Below, piece after piece: positions 15,302 through 30,612 of a DNA stretch of 64,000 nt. The position numbers were made by a program, and so were the translations under genes. The DNA lies in the NCBI RefSeq assembly GCF_009914755.1, contig NC_060935.1, one strand, 5' to 3'. The notes under the pieces were generated by a model. It was given only the letters and a program-made list of their open reading frames with translations, had not been told where the DNA came from and did not search any database. Positions within the stretch are counted from its first letter, which is position 1, and each line of letters opens with the position of its first letter. Origin of the DNA: the human T2T-CHM13v2.0 reference genome, Homo sapiens.

Positions 15302-15842
15302 TAGGAGGCCCCAAATTCTGGGTCATGGACTGGTACTGGTCTGTGGCCTGTTAGGAACTGGGCCACACAGCAGGAGGTGAGAGGCAGGCGAGCCAGTGAA
15401 GCTTCATCTGTATTTACAGCCACTCTCCATCACTCACATTACTCCCTGAGCTCCACTTCCTGTCATATCAGCGGTGGCATTAGATTCTCATAGGACTGTG
15501 AAGCCTATTGTGAACTGTTTATGTGTGGGATCTAGACTGCATGCTCCTTATGAGAATCTAATGCCTAATGATCTGTCATTGTCTCCCAAAACCCCCAAAT
15601 GGGACCACCTAGTTGCAGGAAAACAAGCTCAGGGCTCCCACTGATTCAACATTATGGTGAGTTGTATAATTATTTCATTATATATTACCATGTAATAGTT
15701 ATAGAAATAAAGTACACAATAAATATAATGTACTTGAATCATCCCAAAACCATTCCACCTCCCTCCCACTCCACCCCCAGTCCATGTAAACATTGTCTTC
15801 CACAAAACCAGTCCCTGGTGCCAAAAAGGTTGGGAACTGCTG
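15302..15842 (+). mobile_element. MER1A (hAT-Charlie non-autonomous DNA transposon), complete
   Basis: Internal 'gtggcctgttaggaac', 'gaagcttcatctgtatttacagc', terminal 'ccaaaaaggttgggaactgctg'; 8-bp TSD CTCT(G/A)GAG at 15294-15301 and 15843-15850. Confidence 0.9.
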
Positions 15843-18509
15843 CTCTAGAGGAAACCTTGTGTGTGGCAATGTGGAGGTTACAGAGAAATATTTTGTTTTA
15901 TACTTTATTCTTTCACTGGAGTTTCATGCTCATGAGGAGTCTATTTGCATTTTCCATAATGTCAGAAGTCGTGGATAAGCCTATGAGAAGCTGAGGATGT
16001 GGGCAAGATCTCTGTGTTACAGCCCTAAAAATGTCTGGCTGGTGATTTCAACAGCCTCGGGGGCCTAACGAAGTAGGCAGAGTCCTGTCCTTTGATGCAT
16101 GGAACCAATCACTCTGCTTTGGAAGTTGAGGAAAGGGTGACATAAGTACTAAATCTATGACTTCTGGGGTCATAAATCCCTGACTCTGAGATGCAAATAT
16201 AAGAAAAATTGGACACTTAAGGAGTAAAGGCACTTCTAAAGTGCCTTTTATGTCTGAAACCTCTTATGTCTGAAACCCCAATGTCCCCCAGACTCAGGCT
16301 CAGAGAAGCAGACTAGCTTACTTAAAATCCCAGAATTGATGGATGATAGAACAGAATTTGAATCTGTACTCTGAGATCCATGCCAAAAAATTTTAGTCCT
16401 TTTTAGTAAAAAGATTCAAAGCTGTTAAAGCGGTTCTTGTATTTTATCCAGATAGCATTCTAGTCTGTGAGTTGCTTACCACATGTGCTTTATTCCCCAC
16501 CTCACCACATGTTATACTTTCATCTTCACTAAAGACACTGCAATATCAATGATGCAAAAGTTCATCTATTATTTTTCCAACATTAATAAGAGACAGGAAA
16601 GATCAGCAAAGTTACAAAGTGGAGAAAACCTGAACATTTACTTAGCTTCAGCATTGAATCCAGTGTAATTTTTGAAACCGATTAATTTTGGAAAGCTTTT
16701 GAAATTTTGCACTTACTTGGAGATTATAGGAAATTGAATTAAGAGGCTCTTTGACTCTTTGCTAGCTGGGATATAGATCATAGCTCAGACTGGCTGCTGC
16801 CTTATGTTGGCAAAGTAATTTGGGCAATTCATCCACAGCCTGCCTTTTGATCTGTTAACATAGAGGTAAGAACCCATGATGGGTTTAGTCTTATTGGTTG
16901 GGTGCTCAAGTGCTTGTGAGAACTAGAATGCTGTGATATCGCAGGCATAGTTCAATATGTGGCCCATAGTGTTGCTAATAAAGAACCCTTCTAAAATGCA
17001 AAGCTGATTGTTACTCTCATTCTCCACCCCAACACTCTAGTAACTTTATTTTCCATCAGAACAACGCCAAGCTCCTTTTTCTGACATTCAGGTTAACCAC
17101 AATCTGGCCCCACTTCACATCTATCAGCTACCCTTTCTACTACACAGACCAGCACCTGCTCCTTTGCAAATGCCAAATTCTTCATTTGGGATTTTATACT
17201 CCTCACTTCTCCAGGAACTTCAGGAAGCCTTCTCCCTGTCTGCCTGAGTTTTGTAGGAACTTTTTCTTTACTATCATAGCATCTTATATATGGTATTCAG
17301 CACACTGTATTGTAATCAGTGGTTTTCTTGTACATACCACTGTAATTCCAAGACTCTGGGAGCAGGCACTCTCCTACCTAATCACATATTTATTCCAAGT
17401 ATTTACCTTGGTATATTTAGTAAAACAGTAAATGAATACTCAGGGTTCATACTTCAGGAAGACACTGGGGATGCAAAGTATACAATGGGACTTGACTTGT
17501 TTATCACAATTGTATAATTTTTGAATCTCAACTTTTGAAACCTAAGTAACCTATGTGCCAGGAAGAAACATGCACCTTTGCTCTGGGCATATTCTATGAC
17601 TTTACATTTGTAAACTGGCATTTGTGGTTCAGTTTCAGGTACCAACTGAATCCCCAGGTTCTAAGCTACAGCAAGATCGAAGGTGAATTAAAAAAAGGGC
17701 AGCTGAGTATAGGCTCTAGAAGCAAACATGTAAAATTCAGAAGGGGTCAACTGGTGAGCTGACTGGGGGGAAATGATGGCCGTGTCCAGAAAGCAGTTAA
17801 ATGTCAGTACCAGCATGTCATGAATAAAAGAAAGAGCCACACTGTTTATTCGGAAAATCTCCACAGAGATAGAAAGTGGGCAGACTCTAGAAATGTTCAA
17901 AATAGCCATAGCCCTTTAGGGTATATTTTCCACCTCCAATAATGCATTAATTTATTTTTCCTTGCATATCAGTTCCTTCCACAGATTTTATTATCTTTCA
18001 GGGTGCCACTAACTTCCCAATAACCTAAAAACATGACACTTAAAGATTTGAGTGATCTCTTATTTCCAGGAGGGAAGAAGAAAGAAGAAAGTTATGGTTG
18101 GGATATGGTTGTTTACATAATTGGCTACAGGGAAGTTGCTTATTTGCTCAGAACCAGAGGTGGCGCCTCACAGAAGCATTGTTTCTTTGGATAAAAAAGA
18201 TAAATAGAGAAGGTGTGGTGCCCACTGGAGATGCATCAGCAATCTGAGAGGAGTAAGTACAAGGGGGGAGATTGAGAATCTTAAAAAAAAAAGAAACTAG
18301 ATAAGCAAAACCATATTTTATCTCTCTCTGCACCATATGTATCATCTATTAAATTAGCTGCACTTGAGGATACAGTTAGAAAAAAGTAGTCTATCCACAG
18401 TATGCCTTGGAATAGAGCAGAAAAAGCAAAACAAATGAAAACATTAAATTCATACAAAGTGTCTCTAAAAAAATAAAGATATAAAATGGGAATCAAACCT
18501 TTTAACCTC

Positions 18510-21500
18510 TGGTTTCTGGTCTGGCATGTAAAAAGGTTAGAAATTACTTTTCCATTTTAACAACATGTAAAAGGCTGAACAAACTGAAAAGAAATAAGCA
18601 ACTGTGCGTAGATCCATCACAGGGCAAACTGCTGCTCCTAAATTGGCAAGATCAACAGACAAACACAGAGAAGCGCAACTTACTGGAGCAAAAACCCCAT
18701 AGGGAAAACCACTATGGGAATCAGTGCCAGGGTAGGAAAAATCTAAACTGTAATTGACAAATGCTTGAGGGTTAGTGTGGACAAGTCTGAGAGATTAAAA
18801 ACTTTAGCTTCTTATTAAGTCCTGCCCTCGAGAGAAACTTTTTTATTTATTATTATTATTCTTTTGAGATAGGGGTCTCACCATCTGGTGAGACCAGCCC
18901 AGGCTGGTCTCAAATTCCTAGGCTCAAGAAATCCTCCTGCCTCAGCCTCTTGAGTAGCTGTGATTACAGACACGTTACTATGTTTAGGGGAAACGATTTA
19001 ATCATACCCTAACCTGCCAATGTTTTATCAAAGCCTGACTAACCCAGGGGAAGGAGAATGCCCAATTCCAGCTCCATCTAGCCATCCTGCCTGACTTACC
19101 ACAGCAGGAGGAACTGAGAAGCACTGGTGAAATTCACAGTTCAAGGGCAGAGGCTCATCAAAAGACTGATACCTACTCATAGAGCTATCAAACTCTTCCC
19201 CTCCCCCTGCATCTTACCATATTACTAAGACCTATTTACTACCTAGTACATCATGTCCACCTTTTAACAACAGCAACAACAAAATTCTAAAGCACGCTAA
19301 AAAGCAAAAACAGTTTGGAGAGAGGGAACATGCATCAGGACCAGAGTCAGATACAGCAAGACTTGGAATGATCAGACCAGGAATTAAAAAGCATATAACC
19401 TAAGGATTTTAATGAACAAACACAGACAACATGCAAGAACAGGTGAATACTATAAAAAGAGAAATGCAAATTATAAGAAAAAATAAGAAATGCTAGAAAT
19501 TAAAAACTTAACAAATAAATAATGCCTTTGGTGGGCTCATTAGTAGACTGGACTCAGAAAAGAAACTCTGAATTTGAAGATATCTCAATAGAAACCTCCA
19601 AAACTGAAGAGCAAAGACAAAATACTAAAAAAGAATTTCTAAGAACTATGGGACAACTACAAAAGGTGCAACATATACCTCATGAGAATACAAGGAGGTG
19701 GGGAGGGAGGGAGAGAGAGAGAGAGAAATGAATCTAAAAAAATTAAAACAGTAATGACTGAGAACTTCCTTCAATTATTATAAGACACAAAGCTACAAAT
19801 CCAGAATGTGCAGAAAACACCAAGCAGAATAAATGCTGAAAAACCTACACCTAGGAATACCAGATTCAAACTGCAGAAAGTCAAATATATAGAAAAATAT
19901 CTTCAAAGAATCTGGGTGAGTGGAAGGCCAGGGAGATCTCTTACCTACAAAGGAACGAATATAAAAATTACATCTGACTTCAGAAGCCATGCAAGAAAAA
20001 AGAGAGTGGAATAAAATACTTAAGGTGTTGAGAAAAAACAACAACAAAGGAACAAACAAACAAGAAGCCCCACCAACTTAGAATTCTGTGCACTATAAAA
20101 TTAGTCTTCAAAAGTGAAGGAGGAAAAAAATACTTTATCAGGCAAACAAACATGGAGGAAATTTGTTGTCAGTAGACCTGTCTTACAAGAAATGTTAAAA
20201 GAAGATCTCTACAGAGAAGAAAAATAATATAGATTAGAAACTCAAAACTACATAAAGAAGGGATAAAAGAGGCATACCACAGAATGAATACATAAAGGTA
20301 AAATAAAAACTTTTATTTTTCTTATTCTTAGTTGATCTAATAGATAGCTATTTGTTTAAATAATAATAGCAACAAAGTATTTGTGTACATACACACATGC
20401 TTATGGACACTTATAGATATATATAAGTGAAATGAATAACAGTGATGATACAACAAACAGGAAAGAAGAATTAGAAAAATTTTGTTATCATGAAGTACTT
20501 GTGGTACCTGTGAACTGGAATAGTGTTATTCAAAAAGAGACTTGGATTCGTTGTAATATATGTCACAAACTCTATGGCACCTATTTTAAAAAGTGAAAAA
20601 GAGAAATATAATTGACTAAGAAAGGGGAGATAATGAAATTCTATAAAATGATCAATTAAAACCACAACAGGCAGAAAAAGTGTGGAAGACAAAAATAAGA
20701 ACAAAGAGAAAAGGCAGCAAAGAGAAAACAGTCACAAATATGGTAGATATTAACTCAACTATATTGACTTTAAATATTAACAGCCTAAATATGCCAATTA
20801 AAAGACAGAGATTGTCAGAGTGAATGAGAAACAAAACCCATGTATATGTTGTCTATAAGAAATCACTTTAAATATAAAGGTGCATATATATTAAAAGTAT
20901 AGGGGCGAGACAAGCTATATCTAGCTAATGCTAATCAAAAGAAAGCAGAAGTAGCTATATTAATTTCAGATAGAGCAGCCTTGCAAGAAGACATAATAAT
21001 CCTTAATATGTATGTACCTAACAATAGAACACCCAAATGTATGAGTCAAAAACTGATAAAGTTACAAAAAGAAATAGAGTAATTCATTATTACGATTGAA
21101 GACTTTAACACTCCGGCAGGCAAGAAATCAGTAAGGACATGGTTGAACTCAAAATCATCAATCAACTGGAAATAATTGACATCTATAGACTATTTTGTCT
21201 AACAACAGCTGATTACGCATTCTTCTCAGTCTCACATAGAATGTTTATCAAGATAGATCGCATTCTGAACCATAAAATACATCTTAACAAATTAAAAGGA
21301 AGATATATCATACAGGATCTGCTTTCAGACCACAATGGAATTAAACTAGAAATCAATAACAGAAAAATAGTTGGAAAATCCCAAAATACGTGGAGCGTAA
21401 ACATCATGCTTCTAAATAACAACTGGGTCAAAGAAGAAATCTTAAGAAAAAATTTAAAAATGTTTTGAACTAAATAAAAATTAAAATATGAATTGCCAAA

Positions 21501-23835
21501 ATTTGTGAGATACAGCAAAACTAGTGCTTGGAGAAAAATGTATAGCATTGGATGTATGTATGTATTTAAAAGAGAATGATCTAAATTCAATCTTCTAAGT
21601 TTATACTTTAGGAATCTAAATACAACAACAATTAAAATCTGAAGTAAACAGAGAAAAGACATAACAAAAAGCAGTATAGAGATCAATGAAACTGAAAACA
21701 GGAAATCAATAGAGAAGATCTATAAACCAAGAGCTGATTAGCTGAAAAATTAATTAGATTTTAAGCCTTTAGGCCAGGCTAAACAAAATTTAAAAATTAC
21801 TAATATTAGAAATGAAAGAGAAGATATCATTACAAATCCATAGACATTAAAGGATAATAAAGGAATATTATGAAAAACTCTATGCCCACAAATTTTATAA
21901 CCTAGATACAATTATACAATTCCTTGAAACACATAATCCACCTAAATTTATATTAAAAATAAACACTCTGAATAGGCCTATATTTATTAAGAAAATTGAA
22001 TAATAAATCAATAAACTCTCAAAGCACCAGATGCAGATGGGTTCACTGGAGATTTCTAGAAAATATTTAGGAAAGAAATTATACAATTTGTTTACAATCA
22101 CTTCAAGGAATACTTCCTTGAGCGGAGGAATACTTCCTAACTCATTTGATTATGCTAGCATTTCCCTAATTCGAAAACCGGGCAAATCATTACAAGAAGA
22201 GAAAAATACAGACGAATATCTCTCACTGACATAGTGAGACACAGGTATAAATCCATACCAAACTAATAATAAATCAAATCCAATGATGTATAAACAGAAG
22301 AATTCCATACCACGATCCAGCTGAATTTATTTCAGGTATGCAAGGCTGGCTCAACATTTGAACACCAATTAATGTAAATCATCACTTCACCAGGCTAAAG
22401 AAGAAAAATTATATGATCCTAGCAATAGATACAGAAAAAAATTCACAAAATCCAACACTTACTTATGATAGAAATTCTCAATAAACAAGGAAAAGAGGGG
22501 CATGCTCTCTACTTGGTAAATAACATCTACAAAAAACTTACAGCTGACATTGTACTTAATGGTGAAAAAGAAGATGCTTTCCAGGTAACATCAGGAACAA
22601 GTCAAGGATGTCTCTTCTCATCACTGATTTTAATAATTGTACTGGAAGTCCTTGATTATTCAATAAAATGAGAAGAAGAAATAAAATGTATGCAGTTTGG
22701 GAATAAAGAAACACAACTATCTTTCTTCACAGATGATATAATTATCTATACAGAAAATCCAAAGGAATTGATAAAAAAAAATCCTGAAACCAATAAGCAA
22801 TTCTAGCAAGGTTGAAAGATACAAGGCTAATATACAAAATCAATCATTTTCCTATATACCAGTAATAAATAAGCAAAACTTGAAAAATTAAAAAGACATT
22901 ACCATTTACACTAACACTCAAAAAATACTTAGGAATAAATGTCACAAAACACATAATAATCTATTTCAGGGAAAACGACAAAACACTGATGATAAAAAAT
23001 AAAAACTAAATATATGGAGAGATATTCTATATTCTTGGTTAGGAATCAGTATCATCCAGATGATTGTTCTTCCTAAATTGATCTATAGAGTCAATGCAAT
23101 CCCAGTGAAATCCCAGCAAATTATTTGGAAGATACTGAAAAAGTGATTCTGAGATTGATATGAAGACGCCAAAGACTCAGAATAGTAAACTCCATTTTGA
23201 AAAAAACACCAAGTCAAAGGACTGACACTGAATGACCTCAAGGCTTACTCTCAAGCTACAGTAGTCAAGACAGTTTAGTATTTGCAAAAGATTAGATAAA
23301 TAGCTCAGTGGAACAGAATAGATAGCTCAAAAATATACCACATAAATATAGTCAACTCATCTTTGACAAAGAAGCAAAGTCAATATAATGGAGTAACTGG
23401 ACATCTACATAAAAATAAAATAAAACTAGACACAAACCTTACACCCTTCATGATCTACTTTGAAACTCCTAGAATATAACATCACACAATACCTAGATGA
23501 TCTTGGATATGGTGATGACCTTTTATATACAAGACTAAAGGCATAATCCATGAAAGAAATAATTATATACTGAACTTTATTACAGTTAAAACTTCTGCTC
23601 TGCAAATGACAAGGTGGAATGACAAGACAAGTCACAGACTGAGCAAAAATATTTGCAAAAGACTCATCTGAAAAAAGGGAGTTTCTAAAATATACAAAGA
23701 ACACTTTAAACTCTACAGTAAGAAAATGAACAACCTGATTAATAAGCAGAAGATTTTAACAGACATCTTATCAAAAAATATATATAGATAGAAATTAAGC
23801 ATATGATAAAATGTTTATCATCATATATGATTAGA
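18510..23835 (+). mobile_element. Old L1MC-type LINE-1 (L1MCa-like 5' end) with decayed ORF1 and ORF2; 3' end missing
   Basis: ORF1 remnant (QKTPSRIN..KPTPR..FKLQK, 19808-20014); EN remnant (IDIYR...KIDRIL...LSDHNGIKLEINN, 21139-21468); RT remnant (SGTSQGCLFSSLILIIVLEVL; 'ttcacagatgatata'); many stops and frameshifts. Confidence 0.85.
18839..18987 (-). mobile_element. FLAM (free left Alu monomer) inserted in the L1MC 5' UTR
   Basis: Monomeric Alu 'gcccaggctggtctcaaattcctaggctcaagaaatcctcctgcctcagcc' with T-rich tail. Confidence 0.75.
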
Positions 23836-24597
23836 GATTTTGAGGGGTTCAAGACTTCAGTAGAGGAAGTAACTGCAAATGTGGTGGAAATAACAAGAGA
23901 GCTAGAATTAGAAGTGGAGCCCAAGGACGTGACTGAATTGATGCAATCTCACGATAAAGCTTTAATGGATGTGATGTTGCTTCTTATGAATGAGCAAAGA
24001 AAGTGGTTTCTTGAGATAGCATCTACTCCTGATAAAGACGTTGTGAACATTGTTTAAATGACAGCAAAGCATTTAGAATATACCATAAACTTAGGCAATT
24101 AAGCAGCAGTAGATTTTGAGAGGACTGACTCCAATCTCGAAAGAAGTTCTATTGTGGGAAAAATGTTACCAAACAGGATTGCATGCTGTAGCAAAATCTT
24201 TCATGAAAGGAAGATCGAACTGTTGCATCAACTTCAATGTTGTCTCATTTTCAGAAATTGCCACAAACACCCCAAACTTCAGCCACCCCGACCCTGATTG
24301 GTCATCAGTCATTAAGATTGAGGCAAGATCCTCTGCCAGCAAAAGAGCAAAAGGATGACCACTGCTGAAGTCTCAGATGATCATTCGCATTTTTTAAGCA
24401 ACAAAGTATTTTACATTAAGGTATGCATATTGTTCTTTAGACGTAATGCTATTGCAACTTAATAAACTACAGTATAATGTAAACATAACTTTTATTTGCA
24501 TTGGGAAACCAAGCAATCCTGCGACTCACTTTATTATGATGTTTGCTTAATTGCAGTGGTCTCAAATTGAACCTGCAATACCTCCAAGGTATGCATA
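23836..24597 (+). mobile_element. Tigger1 (TcMar) 3' portion
   Basis: ORF 23803-24057 gives [29 protein letters not shown] (Tigger1 transposase C-terminus); ends in TIR-like 'gaacctgcaatacctccaaggtatgc' followed by TA. Confidence 0.9.
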
Positions 24598-24659
24598 TAT
24601 ATATACACACCATCGTACTTTACAGCTGAGACTTAAGGTGCAATAAGGAATGGAATAGT

Positions 24660-25460
24660 AGTATGTAAATGCTGTATTTTCTGAAAAAAAGATAAAATCA
24701 TATAACTGAAAACTACTAGAAAAAAAGGACAAAAGAGAATAACATTGACTGTTGTATAGTTTGCATGTGAGAGTCTAAAACTACTGACACTAAATAGTAA
24801 AAAATTAAAATCAAACTAAAATATTGAATAAGAAAAAATAAGATTAGATATTTAAAAAGAATACAAAGGTCATTACCAAGAAAAATACAAATTTTTCTAA
24901 ATTCCAAAATATACTTTTAAAAATAGCAGGAAGACATACTCAATAGAGAAAAACAATGTACACATAATATAAGCAGTAATCATATAAGTTATAATGCAGT
25001 GTTAAGGTCAAACGTAACAATCATATGTTAAAGAAGAATAGTTTTGACTCACCTACTTATATAAAGTAGATTTTCAAATTGGATAATAAAGTTAAACTCA
25101 ATTTCTCTGTACAGAGGAGATATATTTAAACCATAAATATCTAAAATAAATAACCACATTGAAAGGTGGGGGAAAAAGAACTAAACCAACCAATCTTTTT
25201 CATAGAATTTTGACTGCATGTTCTTAGTACTGGAGGAAAAAGGAGTACAAACACATCTTGAACATTTCGTAGGTTACATGTTTTTGTTGGTTGTCTGGAT
25301 GTAGCAATTATGAAACTATTTTGTGTATATTTTAGAATTAAACAAATGAGTGACTGTGTGTTAATATTGTTGGAATCCAGAGTTCTTACTGTGGAAGAGG
25401 AAATATACAAATATGGAAGGTGGGAAAGGAAGGAGTTATGGGGTTGAACTAGCAATGGAA
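24660..25460 (+). mobile_element. Old L1M fragments (ORF2 start-like, then L1MC3/4-like 3' UTR)
   Basis: 'gaaactattttgtgtatattttagaattaaacaaatgagt...cttactgtggaagaggaaatatacaaatatggaag' resembles L1MC 3' UTR. Confidence 0.5.
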
Positions 25461-28400
25461 GTGGTGATGTGTTGGGGGTCCTGGGCCTCAGTTTTTGAGA
25501 AATTTTGCTTGGTTGAGGATACATTTCAGTATATTCCATGATAAAATCTTAAGTATATTTGTGCACTCAGTGCCTAAATCCAATTTTTCTTTATTACTAA
25601 GACATACCTGGGATGACCATATGTTTCTCTTCCAAATCTGGACACTTTTCAGAGTGAAAGTGGGTTATAATAATAGCTACTCTGGGTCTGTCCCAAGGAA
25701 GCTGGGATTTGCAGCCATCCTGCATATAGTCCTCAGGCTGCATGTAGTCCATTTGGTTTCTTTGTCCCCATTTAACAGCTTTCACCTTGATAAATACATG
25801 GGTAGTAAGGAAAGGCAATCCTGAGCTAGATCCATCATATACCCCTGGGCCAGCAATTATGGGAGTCTTAAGCTATCCTGCAACTTACATATTTGGATTA
25901 GTTAAAATCTAATGCCCATGATTAACTCATCAGAGACTCGTTTTCCTCCTTTGTAAAATGTGGGGAATAATAATTAGCTCTAGAATTCAACAAGATAATA
26001 TAAATTACTTGGAATAGTTAATTGCACTCAATAAATGCTTTTATTATTTTTATTGTTGTTACTTTTGTTGTTATTATTGTTTTTCCTTAACATCAACTTC
26101 AAAGGTTAGCTTAAAAACACAATCAAATTTTCATTAATAACCCATTACAGATCAGTCATCTATGAATTTATTTAAACCCTTTTAGGAACATTGATTCCTG
26201 TTTTACTTCTTAATGAATTCCATAAACTTTATTACCTGCTGTGTAACATGGCATTTCCTTTGAATTGCTTTAGCTTAGCTATTCCAAGCATTGCTAGATT
26301 CCTTAGAGTTCTAAAATCCAAGTATTTTGTATATAAACCTCTTTTGATCTAATTTCCCTTTATGAAACTTTTATTGTTGCCATTCATAGTCTTTCATCTT
26401 CATCGTAATTCTAGACCAATGGATTTTATTAGTATCGTTCGAAATTACATTTGAACTCAGAAATCTGAAACTTAGCTCTAGCTTTATGAATCAGATGGAA
26501 GAAGCAGGTCCTTGAAGGACAGAGCCTACTCCTTGGTCTTTCCCTTATGGTCTGTATTACCATAGCCTTTAGAATAGGGTTCTGAAGGTCTGGATGAACT
26601 TGGTCACTAACTCAATGGATTACACGAGAGAAAGTTATCCCTAACGAGGGCTATTACTATATTGGTATCATGACACTACCACATCCATATGGATTCTCTC
26701 CCTCAAATCGAAGGGAGATTTCCTAGAGCCTTCCTTTCATTGCACTTACCTTTCTGATTTTAGTCTTGTTGAACTTCAGATAGAACATTGTTCCAAAGAT
26801 TAGAACAGTAGAATCAGTAATATGCACTCTATTGAGTGTGTTTTAGGGTTTAGCGCAGTGTTGTCTCTTTGTGAGAGAGACTCAAGAGGAATATGAGGTA
26901 TGATGTTTATCTTGGTGGACCAAAAGTCTAACTGGGTAGACTAGATAAGGACACGTAAAAGCTAGAAAAAAAGACGGTACAGGCTACTTGTGTTGTACAA
27001 GAAAGAAAATTAGTACAAGGAAGAAACCGATGGACCTCACTACTATATCCTGGGCAGGGGGTGGAATAATATAGGAGAAATCATATGGGAGAAACAACAT
27101 ACATCTATAGATAGATAGATAAATAGATATGTATATACTCATACATGCATATGTATATAATTGTTTTATCAAATATAAATGTATCTATTATTTTATAAAT
27201 ATGTGTATTGTTGAAAATCATAGAATCAAAGATTTATAATTTAAAAAGCAGTTCCTGGCCCCACCCCTCCTCAGCACCAATTCCCAGATAAGAATCATTT
27301 TCAACAGTTAGAGATTTCCCCCTGAATATTAGCCTCAATATTTCAAAAACATTTAAACATTTCTAATCTCTATTCTTTTAATTTTTCTATAGCTTCTATC
27401 AACATTTTACTTTGTAAAAGGGTGACTTCAATTTTCACAACTCTAAATACATATGTTCTCTCACATAAAAACCTACACTCTTACACATACACTCTCAAAA
27501 ACTAAATCTTCTCACATCTTCCCAACATAGCTATGCTATAACTTTTATTTAAAACACATCATTCTTTAGGTATTACTTACTGCTGAGCCATGTAGTTTTA
27601 AATTTAACTTTCCTTTTGGAAATGTAGGTTTACATCTCCTTTCCTGTGCCGCCTTTTTGTTTTCCTTGGTGTTGATGACAGAATCAATCCTCTCCCTCTC
27701 TTCCTCTCACTCTCTTAGTTTTCCAGGGACCTAATATCCATTTACATCCCAACATTCTTTCAGCAGTATAAACATTTTCTCAGAATTGCCCATCTTTATT
27801 TGTGGGTGCCCTCTGTCTTCTCCAGTTCAGCCTGGTGCTTGCTGGCTTACTCTGAGCCTGCTGTCCCCTAACTGCCTTTGTCATCAGGCAGGAGTTCCCC
27901 ACACCTCTCTCTTGTATTGGATTCCTCACTTTTTGGATATCATATCTTATTGATTGATGATTTGCTTCCTCATTTTACTAAAGCATGTCCTTCAGTAATC
28001 TCCTTAGAAAGAATACTTGGAGGCAAACATTTGAGTACTCACACATCTAAAAATGTCTTTATCTTCACGTCATACTTATTTCATAGTTGAGCTGAAGGGA
28101 ATTCTAGGTTGAAAATTCTATTTTCTCAGAATTGTGAAGACATTGCTACATTCTCTTCTGTCTTCTAATATTGATGTCAAGAATAAGATTCCTGATTGTC
28201 TATCTGTGACTTTTTTTAATCTAGAAATTTTTAGAACCTTGTCCCCAAGGTTTTTGAAACAATGTACTTTCACATGGCTATTTTATTTTTTCAGTCATTA
28301 TGTTGGGTATATGTTGAGCCTATTTAATCAAGAAACTCATGTTCTTTGGTTCTGGTGATTTTATTTTAACATTTTTTTCATTATTCATTTATTTTACAGG

Positions 28401-28794
28401 TTCTTACTCTGTTTTTCTGTCCTCTCTTTTTGCTACTTATATCAGAAAAAAACATTAGTTTGATTCAGGAGAACTGCATTTTCTAATAATTTCTCTCATT
28501 TTCCTAACTTTATTTTATTTTACTTTTTGTTTGTTTGTTTGCTTTCTGGGATATTTCTTTAGATTTAATCTCCAATCCTGAATTGAATTTTTAATATCTG
28601 CATTCACATTTTTAATTTTAAGAGTTTCTTGTTCTCTGAATCTTTTTTCCACCTGGTTTTCTTCTTATTTCAATGATCCATAAATTAAATCGTGTCCCTT
28701 TGAAGACTGTACATTTTTAAAGTTTTCTTCTGATCATTATATTGCTTTTCTGTCTTCCAGGTCCCTTTTTAAATATTTTTGTTTTTATCTTTGT

Positions 28795-29103
28795 TTTTTT
28801 TGTTTTTGTTTTTGTTTTTGTTTTTGTTTTGAGACGGAGTCCAGCCCAGGCTGGAGTGCAGTGGTGCGATCTCGGCTCACTGCAAGCAACGCCTCCTGGG
28901 TTCACGCCACTCTCCAGCCTCAGCCTCCTGAGTAGCTGGGACAACAGGCGCCCGCCAACACGCCCGGCTAATTTTTTGTATTTTTAGTAGAGATGGGGTT
29001 TCACCGTGTTAGCCAGGATAGTCTCGATCTCCTGACCTCGTGATCCGGCCGCCTCGGCCTCCCAAAGTGCTGGGATTACAGGCGTGAGCCACCGCGCCCG
29101 GCC
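28795..29103 (-). mobile_element. AluY with (TTTTTG)n tail
   Basis: CpG-rich AluY with a small deletion near the 3' end; TSD TTATCTTTGT at 28785-28794 and 29105-29114. Confidence 0.93.
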
Positions 29104-29660
29104 CTTATCTTTGTCTTTTATATGAAAGGTTTTCCTGAAAGATCTGGGATTTCTTAGTTGATCATTAATATTTGAAGTGTGACTGACTAAACATCTCTTG
29201 GAAGTTCTGTACCCCTCAAGGAGCTTCTTGTCTGGCAGGTTTTCCTGGCTAGGGTCATTGTGTGGCCCCTTCCCATTAGTCTGTGCAGGTCTCAGTTCAG
29301 TTTCTCAGAAAGAAATCTCTATTCTAGATCTCCAAATATCTAAGCAAGAAACAGGAGTTTCTTGGTTAAATGGGTTCAACATATGCCCCAGATAATTTCG
29401 CGCATTGCAAGCCTGGCTTTCAGCCTTTTGAGAGCCAAGAGGGCAGGAGAGCCGATGCAGCAGGGAGCAGTGAGCAGGCTCGCAGTCCTCCCTTTCCAGG
29501 AAGTCAACTCTGTGTCCAGGAAGCAGTCTCTTGGTTGTGATGGTTCTATGTCCAGAAAGTTTCTGCTTCATATCTTCTAGGAGTACATTTCTAGTCTTCT
29601 GTCTGGAAGAGGAGAGACAGTTTCCCCTTGTTGCTGGGTGAGAGAGAGGATCTGGGGTAA

Positions 29661-30586
<926 letters not shown>

Positions 30587-30612
30587 ACATTCAGTTTTAA
30601 CTGGGCATCTGC

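Noticed and set aside
18153-18166. Second CTCF-like motif ACCAGAGGTGGCGC
   Set aside because: Only the 3' half matches (about 10/14); insufficient without ChIP data.
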